A DNA stretch of 64,000 nucleotides from positions 248,001 to 312,000 of the forward strand of contig CP120461.1 in NCBI GenBank assembly GCA_034226945.1, in the 5' to 3' direction. Position numbers and translations under genes: made by a program. Shown here one piece after another: positions 57,300-64,000 of the stretch. This DNA comes from Picochlorum sp. SENEW3. Taxonomy: Eukaryota. The notes beneath the pieces were generated by a model. It searched no databases, was not told the origin of the DNA, and saw only the letters and a program-made list of their open reading frames with translations. Positions within the stretch are counted from its first letter, which is position 1. The number at the start of each line of letters is the position of its first letter.

Positions 57300-57589
57300 T
57301 TGCATCAAGCCCACAAACAATGCAAAAGCACTTCCTTCAACTGCCGCTGAGCAACTTTATCTTTCGTTTCTCAGAGCACTGGCTCTGGACGTCATCAAAG
57401 TTGCATACCCAGTCATTCAGCAATTCTTGTTTCCTTGTTAAACCTGAGAGCGCTGTTTCTACTCGGATAGAATAGCCATCAGGGCAATACATTGCATTGC
57501 CATTCAACGTGTAGGCAGTCCCATCTGAAGACGGGTGTGCCACGCATAGCATGATGGCAGCGATAACAAACAAGTAGCACTCTCATCAT
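57300..57589 (-). pseudogene. Frameshifted small Cys-rich secreted-protein gene, copy B
   Basis: ATGATG at 57589 is out of frame with FVIAAIMLCVAH...LNGNAMYCPDG...NDWVCNFDDVQSQCSEKRK. Confidence 0.5.
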
Positions 57590-58059
57590 TTTTTGTAATA
57601 CTGCCTGCTCTTGTTGCATGAAATCTTGATATTACTTCGTGTATGGCGACGAGTGGAATATACTGAACTATAGAATGTTACATTGTACAAAAAAAAATGC
57701 CTTGGTTTGGTTGATGCGCAGAATCACACCGAAAGTAGTACAATGATTGCTTGATTATGGAACATGTAAAATTTCATCTTGACGTTACGCTTGGTTCGTT
57801 TTGTAGTGATGGATGGGCGATATTTTATCAATGAAGCTTTGAACTAAACAAAAGGCTGGGTAACCAGATAGCCTCTCTTCGCCCCAGAGGAAGATAAATA
57901 AACAGTGAAAAAAATCTGCATGCATATAAATCGACAGGTATTAAAGTTCTTGTTTGCATGCCTCCGATGGTCTGAATTTTAATCCGATCTTGCAGTATTC
58001 TTGTCTCTCATTCATTCATACATGAACCATCAGGTCACTAGAATAGTTAACTATTTTCA

Positions 58060-59454
58060 TCATTTCACCTCAGCCTCTAGGCCCCCAGATATCAGCCCCT
58101 CGAGCACCTCAATAATGTTATCCACAGTCGGGCGCTCATCTGGATCCAGCAACCAACACCGATGCAGCAATTCAGCTAGTGCTGCAGGCATGTCCTCTGG
58201 AATAGGCAACCGCTTCCCCCCGCAGATGGCATAGAGGATCTGGGCAGGCCTAGCATCGCCCCATGCTCGCTCTCCTGTCCAAACCTCCCAGAGCAGCACG
58301 CCCAAGGAAAAGATGTCGGACGCTTTGCTGGCGTGGCCATCTGTCATGAGCTCTGGGGAAGTATACGCAATGGTGCTCATGCCTTCTGTCTTTGCCATGT
58401 GGGGTGCGTTGATGGATGCACGCCCAAAATCAATCAGCTTGGCTATCATATTCGAGGCCCTTGGACTTTGATCTTCAGAATCATGTAAATAATGAAGCAT
58501 TGCATTGTTGCTGGACAGATCCCGATGAATTATATGGTTCTCATGCATGTACTGAATACCATGGGCAACATTCAGGGCAATGTTTTCGAGCCGGAGGAGT
58601 TTGGCATCTTTGTCTGTATCCTGGAAATCACCTCGTTCCAGAGCATCGCCCAGTGTGCCTCCATTGCAAAACTCCTGTATAAGAAGAAACTTGAGATTTT
58701 TGGGATCCTCTTGCCGTTCTGCTTCTAGTAATCGAAATGTCTGTTCTACTGCTTCCCTCGAATCTGCCAAGTAGTCCAAGGATAGAATCTCCGCGGCACC
58801 ATCCTCCGGAGCTGCCACTGACGCTAGATCGACTGTCTTTATTGAATCTTTGTCAATGCACAAGCTGCACTTTGCAATCCTCTGAGACCCAGACAATGTG
58901 CTGCCTTGACGTCTATACACGCGAACCCTGAAGGTTTGGGCTACATTCTCATGGTTCATTCCCATGCCCGCCTGAATTTCCAGCTTTACATCGTTCAACG
59001 ATTTCTGGCTATCCCCATTCAAAGAGATCAATTTGACGGCTACATCCCCATAGAGATCGTGGTGCCCATGAAAGACCCTTCCATATGAGCCAGACCCAAC
59101 CATTTTCCCAATAATCAACTCACTCGGTGCAAGGCCACTCGCATGAATGTCTCCCATCATTTCAGATCCCTCTAGTACTTTTGACAAATAATTGAGGCTG
59201 CTGGATCGAGCAGCAGGAGTTGCCACAACTGGCTCATGGACTCCAGCGTCGTCGGAGTCATAATCTGTGCCACAATTCTCAAAAGGAGAGATAAATATAG
59301 ATGAAGAATCATGCTCCATTTCTATTGCATCTGTCAGTAGACTGTTGCAGCGCACAGCGACAGGGTGCTTCGATGACACACTGCTTACGCTGGCGTTGCT
59401 CCCAGAAGCAAACCCACCTTGGTCGATGCCCTTTGCCAATTTCAATTGAGGCAT
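58060..59454 (-). CDS. TKL/MAP3K-like Ser/Thr protein kinase, copy 2
   Basis: Same motifs as copy 1; tandem paralogue. Confidence 0.92.
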   Translation of the reverse strand: MPQLKLAKGIDQGGFASGSNASVSSVSSKHPVAVRCNSLLTDAIEMEHDSSSIFISPFENCGTDYDSDDAGVHEPVVATPAARSSSLNYLSKVLEGSEMMGDIHASGLAPSELIIGKMVGSGSYGRVFHGHHDLYGDVAVKLISLNGDSQKSLNDVKLEIQAGMGMNHENVAQTFRVRVYRRQGSTLSGSQRIAKCSLCIDKDSIKTVDLASVAAPEDGAAEILSLDYLADSREAVEQTFRLLEAERQEDPKNLKFLLIQEFCNGGTLGDALERGDFQDTDKDAKLLRLENIALNVAHGIQYMHENHIIHRDLSSNNAMLHYLHDSEDQSPRASNMIAKLIDFGRASINAPHMAKTEGMSTIAYTSPELMTDGHASKASDIFSLGVLLWEVWTGERAWGDARPAQILYAICGGKRLPIPEDMPAALAELLHRCWLLDPDERPTVDNIIEVLEGLISGGLEAEVK

Positions 59455-60233
59455 AGATCAAAAGTTATATTCGTCACTAATTTATACAATTATTATATGT
59501 ATTTATCAATTCCAGGAGGTTTCACGCTGACGCATGACTACCGCGGTACTTTCTGGAATGGATGGTTTGGCGAGAGAGTCCTGTGAAATGTTTCATTCAT
59601 GGGAACCACCTGTCGACGAGGCGCGCTTGTACCAAATCTTTGGACGAGATATCTCCTTTGGATCCATAGAGATTTCCCTGTGAAAATCCCTATGGGGCTA
59701 TGGCCTACCGCGGGGTTGCCATATCGGCATATAATCCACACAATTGGCATGATAATCGACATATTTCGGTTAGGATGAGATGATTCCATCCTAACAATTC
59801 ATCTGTACTGTACTCATGTTTGCCATTGGGTTGACAGAAAGAAGTGTGTCGTTACTTGTATTAACACTCGCGAATACGCGTAGCAAGGAAAAGGAGTGTA
59901 TGTTGCCATTGTTGGATCTAGAAATCATAGGAATGCGACCATCTGCCTAGGTGATGCCAATGTCCAAGATGAGCATGGTCATGGTTTGAATTTCGATCAG
60001 TGACTGCATTGGATGAAGATTCCCGTATACCCACTGGAAACACGTGTATCTTTATGAATCGGGCTCAGATTTGGCCAGCGGTGGATTATATGGTATCCCC
60101 TGGTGCCAGAATATCTTTGGCTCGGAAAAAAATCCCAAGCGTGGTGGTGTCGGGATACCGCACCGCCATCATCATGACTCATGGAAATACGAGCAAACGT
60201 ACGTCTCCTTTCCACTGATAGAAATTTTCAACT

Positions 60234-60548
60234 TTATCTGAATGCATCCGTGAAGCAGTAGAGAAAAGCAAACATGTACATTTTCTTTTCCAAATCATCC
60301 AAGCTCCCCTGGATATTGCCCCATCGGCACCCTTGAACATACACATCACCGCCATCATCCAACTCACCAACGCGGCATCCATCAACAAACATATCTCCAG
60401 AACTAGTTACATAGCCAACACGGGAGCCCTCAACGTACAAGTCTTCATTGGAAATGTACCCCACTCTGCTACCTCCCTTGTACACATCACCGCAACTGAA
60501 ATATCCTTCTCTGCACCCAGCAATATAAATGTCCCCTCCAAAATCCAT
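60234..60548 (-). CDS. 5-repeat beta-flower-like protein (104 aa), intronless
   Basis: Five 15-16 aa repeats GD[IVLM][YF]xxG[CS]RxGx[IVLF] followed by a hydrophobic C-terminal helix. Confidence 0.7.
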   Translation of the reverse strand: MDFGGDIYIAGCREGYFSCGDVYKGGSRVGYISNEDLYVEGSRVGYVTSSGDMFVDGCRVGELDDGGDVYVQGCRWGNIQGSLDDLEKKMYMFAFLYCFTDAFR

Positions 60549-60840
60549 ACATCCTACACAAGTATAGTACACACCATCAGTATCTTATTTGCTCTGCACT
60601 GCTATATGATACAGAAGCGGTGCTGCATCGTAGACTGGAAGAATGACATACCAAGCCTGGAACCACTTTGGTACATATCCATCACAGGGCCCTTGATACA
60701 TAGATTGGCAATACAGGGTATTGTCCTATGTAATTAAATCTATGGTCTTTAAGACGAGACGTTGTCAATCAATATTGAATACTCCTTCTTGACGCCAGGT
60801 TTTGTGCAGGCACAACACAAGACAAACAACCAGGTGTATC

Positions 60841-60869
60841 GCCCCATGGCCATGGGGCCCCATGGGGCC
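60841..60869. repeat. Nested CCATGG palindromes (18, 16 and 14 bp)
   Basis: GCCCCATGGCCATGGGGCCCCATGGGGCC read directly. Confidence 0.8.
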
Positions 60870-61019
60870 AGAGTTCTGTAATAAAAAAGAAAGGATCTCG
60901 AGAGATCTCGATTGCGCCAGAATTCTCTTCAGATCAGTGCCCATCGATATCATCCTTGTACCTGAATTAATTCAAATAATAGCGATCCAACGACTGAGAA
61001 TAATACTACCACGACGACC

Positions 61020-61657
61020 ATGGCAACATCACCATTGCACCAAACCAAGTGTTTTTTTTCTCAGGGTTGTCAAAAACTCGCAAACCCTTGGACGATGACG
61101 CATCCCAGCATTCCATCTTTACGATATACTGTAGCACCATGGCAAAAGAAGATGGTCTCGATGTCGGCACTGTCTTCCGGAAGAAGCAGAAGCAAGAGAA
61201 CATGCCGTGGCTCTTCTCCACCACAAGCCTCATCATCGGTACGATGCAATTTTGCATTCATACATTTCTCTATAGACATCTGATTTCAACATGTTGTCAT
61301 GGCATACAGGGTGGTGAAAGTAAAGGCAGTGGCCGTATTCGCCAGGTGAACGAGGAGGAGCTCGAGGTTGAAATTGTCAACAGAGAAAAGCCCTTGATTA
61401 TTGATTTCTTCGCGACATGGTGCGGGCCATGCGTCATGCTTCAAAAGGAATTGGAGCAGGTTGCAGAGACATTGGGAGACAGTGTGCAGATATTAAAGAT
61501 TGACTGTGATGAGAATGAAGGCATTAGTAGTGCACTGCAGATTCAAGGTCTCCCGACCCTTATATTTGTGGGCATGGATGCTGACAAACCAGCTCTTCGG
61601 ACGGAAGGGTTGCTTCCAGCACAATCAATCATTGATATTATTCAGAATGAAATGTAG
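61020..61657 (+). CDS. TRXz: Plastid thioredoxin z (CITRX); exons 61020-61238, 61310-61657
   Basis: Transit-peptide exon, then PLIIDFFATWCGPC...GLPTL..D..K.ALRTEGL. Phase-0 intron. Confidence 0.85.
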
Positions 61658-61719
61658 TAATAATAATAAAACGAGCTGATGTGGTTGAATAATATGCAAA
61701 CTATATTTTGTTTCTTCTT

Positions 61720-62565
61720 CTAGTGTGATTTTGCCCTGGTCTCTATACATTGTACATTCAGCATCCATGGAAGGAGTGTCGATGTCACAGCATGATCGAA
61801 TATCCAGAAGGCGAGAAGCATCAATAGACACGCCTGCGATATTCTACATGCCCCCTGTGCATCACGTGAAGCAGACAGGGTACACATCACCAGCCCTCGT
61901 ACAATCTGCCAAAATCTATACAGTCCAAAGCTGAACGGTACACTTGACGTCATTTGGTTCCTATTAAAGATATTCGTTTCCATGACAATCTGAATGCTAA
62001 ATACTATCAGGTATCCTGCCAGGGATTGGAGGAATACCTGCACCTCTCCTAGAATAAAGACAAGGTACAGCCCTACCAGGATTGGGAGCAGAAACGTGAG
62101 CGAGAATGCAAATGGTAGATATCGAAGAAACCCAGAAGGGTACTTTTTCAACGACGTGCCGTCCATGCGTTGTTGAAACGCTCCCGGGTATCGTGGAGCC
62201 TGTGGAGCATACACCTGCTCTCCATATGCCTTTGCAAGCTGAAGAAAGACAAAGCATGACAGCCCAAATCCCGCGTCAGCGATTAAAAACAGGGTACCAA
62301 TGGGAATATTAATATTTCTTAGTAGTACTACAGTCTGGTTCTCCTTTCCGTACGTATCAGACAAGTGGGTGACACATGGGTACACTGCTGCAAATACTGC
62401 AGTCGTATACCACAGACTCGCAATCACCCATCCATACTCATTATTTGCGATACTATTCATTTTATGTAATACTTTATCGACAGAGGTGTCATATGGCTTG
62501 TATAGATTCGCCCATACTGATGGTAAAAAACCTCCTGTCGGTGGTGGCGTTGCTGACGTGGACAT
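61720..62565 (-). CDS. Multi-pass membrane protein of unknown function
   Basis: 281-aa ORF with about 7 hydrophobic segments and no motif I can name with confidence. Confidence 0.7.
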   Translation of the reverse strand: MSTSATPPPTGGFLPSVWANLYKPYDTSVDKVLHKMNSIANNEYGWVIASLWYTTAVFAAVYPCVTHLSDTYGKENQTVVLLRNINIPIGTLFLIADAGFGLSCFVFLQLAKAYGEQVYAPQAPRYPGAFQQRMDGTSLKKYPSGFLRYLPFAFSLTFLLPILVGLYLVFILGEVQVFLQSLAGYLIVFSIQIVMETNIFNRNQMTSSVPFSFGLYRFWQIVRGLVMCTLSASRDAQGACRISQACLLMLLAFWIFDHAVTSTLLPWMLNVQCIETRAKSH

Positions 62566-62656
62566 TCACTCTTCCACGTGGATGGGACAATATGTATGCG
62601 TGCCCATCCCATCCGACACAAACATTTTTATTTTATACATTTCAATAACAACACTA

Positions 62657-63400
62657 ATGGTATTTGTAACTGCGACAATGAACAACGGATTGCTCCCATA
62701 CTGGGGACTGTCGACTGTGTGCAGCAGTCTGGGTTTTCTCCAACCTGTGTACACGATATCGTATGGGTACGGATTATCCATGCTTGCGCAGTCTGCCTAT
62801 AGATTTTGGAATAAGGACTCTATCGATACAATTGGAAAGATACATCTGGGGCTGGTTGGACTGTATGGGGTTCGAATGGTCTCCTTTTTATTGTGGAGGT
62901 CTAGCTTGAAGAGTTACAAAGCATACCAGGAAAGGGATTCTACAAAAAAGAGGAGAGAGAAGATACACAAGACGTCACAGGTTGTAGGAATGGTGTTGGG
63001 GTGTTCAGCGCTCTATGTGGGTATGTTTGTGCCAGCATTCTTCAATTCTATGGAAAAGGATAGCATGATGTCAGGAGACATACCCAACGCAATGTCTATT
63101 GTGGGTCTGGGTGTGGCCACGATTGGCCTTGCATTAGAAGGTGGATATGATGTGATAAATCAGCTGGATTTTGAGAGGAATTTTGTCCAATCTCCATCCA
63201 CCCGGAGGCCATATAGGGTCAATTATAATTACATTGGTGAGGCCCTCTTCTGGATTGGAGGGTTCCTAGGAGCAACACGAACGTTCACAGGACCCTTGAA
63301 GTTCCTGGGAGCACTCCCAGCGGTAGCAGGAATAGCGGCTGGTATGTTTTCTGAGGGGGTAGGACGGTACAAGAGAAGACGGGCAAAGAAAGAACAATAA
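62657..63400 (+). CDS. DUF1295/steroid 5-alpha-reductase-like membrane protein, divergent
   Basis: ISYGYGLSM, YGVRMVSFLLWR and NYIGEALFWIG. Confidence 0.7.
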   Translation: MVFVTATMNNGLLPYWGLSTVCSSLGFLQPVYTISYGYGLSMLAQSAYRFWNKDSIDTIGKIHLGLVGLYGVRMVSFLLWRSSLKSYKAYQERDSTKKRREKIHKTSQVVGMVLGCSALYVGMFVPAFFNSMEKDSMMSGDIPNAMSIVGLGVATIGLALEGGYDVINQLDFERNFVQSPSTRRPYRVNYNYIGEALFWIGGFLGATRTFTGPLKFLGALPAVAGIAAGMFSEGVGRYKRRRAKKEQ

Positions 63401-63511
63401 CCCAATGAGAATTACAAATTCATTCATCCATCACGATGCATGTATACACAATATATATTTAGTATGTCGAACAGAAAAACATTCAAGAAAGGAAAAACAC
63501 AAAAAAGATGG

Positions 63512-64000
63512 TCATGGATTGGTGAATGACGCTGTCATGCTACCACCAGGACCGCGCCGTGCCACTCTCCCACTTCGTCCTATAGAGTTATTTTGCATTC
63601 CCTTTGTAATATAAGACATCCCGACTTCGTAGAGAATTGGGAGTACCGAAACAAAAATAATTCCAAGCACAACAAGAGAAAAGTTGCTCTGCACTGCAGG
63701 GATATTTCCAAACACATATCCAGCTCCAACACACAAGACAGTCCACAAGGCAGCCCCAAACACATTGTAAAAGGCAAATGTTTGATACGCCATGGATCCA
63801 ACACCGGCCACGAATGGAGCGAATGTCCTAACAATAGGAACAAATCGAGCCAGCACGATTGTTTTCCCTCCATATTTTTCGTAAAATGACTCTGTCTTTT
63901 TCACATATTCTGCCTTGACCAGCTTGGACTCCATCGCTCTCTTCCCCAAAAACTTTCCTATCGAGTAGTTCACGGCATCGCCGAGAGTCGCGGCTGTCAT
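63512..64000 (-). CDS. DedA-family membrane protein (3' part; 5' end outside the window)
   Basis: AATLGDAVNYSIG, FYEKYGGKTIVLARFVPIVRTFAPFVAG and FAFYNVFGAALW. Confidence 0.92.
   Translation of the reverse strand: MTAATLGDAVNYSIGKFLGKRAMESKLVKAEYVKKTESFYEKYGGKTIVLARFVPIVRTFAPFVAGVGSMAYQTFAFYNVFGAALWTVLCVGAGYVFGNIPAVQSNFSLVVLGIIFVSVLPILYEVGMSYITKGMQNNSIGRSGRVARRGPGGSMTASFTNP

Larger units (their letters stand above)
53447..60330. repeat. Tandem segmental duplication (unit about 3.2-3.6 kb): beta-flower 3' end, spacer, kinase, Cys-rich gene
   Basis: 56288-57150 is nearly identical to 59465-60327 (offset 3177). The kinase cores are nearly identical (offset 3184). 53447-53610 and 54020-54870 are diverged copies of about 57010-57170 and 57200-58060. 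Confidence 0.95.

Noticed and set aside
62300..62656. Long N-terminal extension of the 366-aa ORF overlapping the opposite gene
   Set aside because: It is an antisense shadow of the 61720-62565 CDS. Family similarity starts only after the ATG at 62657.

Overview
Gene-dense eukaryotic nuclear DNA from a small green alga. It has roughly mid-40s % GC by eye, short GT-AG introns (mostly 45-130 nt, donors such as GTACGT/GTATGT/GTGCGT), TGTAA chlorophyte-type poly(A) signals, and plastid and mitochondrial presequences. The style fits a trebouxiophyte such as Picochlorum (inference). About 40 genes can be supported, mostly housekeeping: NSUN-type methyltransferase, organellar RecA, NDUFA12, RSH, mitochondrial carrier, RPS15, UBC12, CYBDOM, SEC31, Trx y and z, DPM1, LpxK, MscS-like, ROMO1, CAP-D2, ACBP, GT71, IND1, TrmH, WDR6 and DedA. 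Exon-intron structures were rebuilt by hand where the ORF track breaks. The main accessory region is about 53.4-60.6 kb. It is a tandem array of two TKL-type kinases, two decayed Cys-rich secreted-protein genes, and one intact plus two truncated copies of an intronless 5-repeat beta-flower-like gene (a possible horizontal acquisition). Other highlights: a spliced small gene with strong similarity to animal SNAPC5/SNAP19; a ROMO1 gene whose ATG appears split by an intron; a long RPS15 5'UTR intron with a C/D-snoRNA-like element; degenerate LpxK and RSH-hydrolase motifs; and an unexplained cloverleaf-like hairpin cluster near 45.4-45.6 kb. No database searches were run, so family calls rest on recalled motifs.
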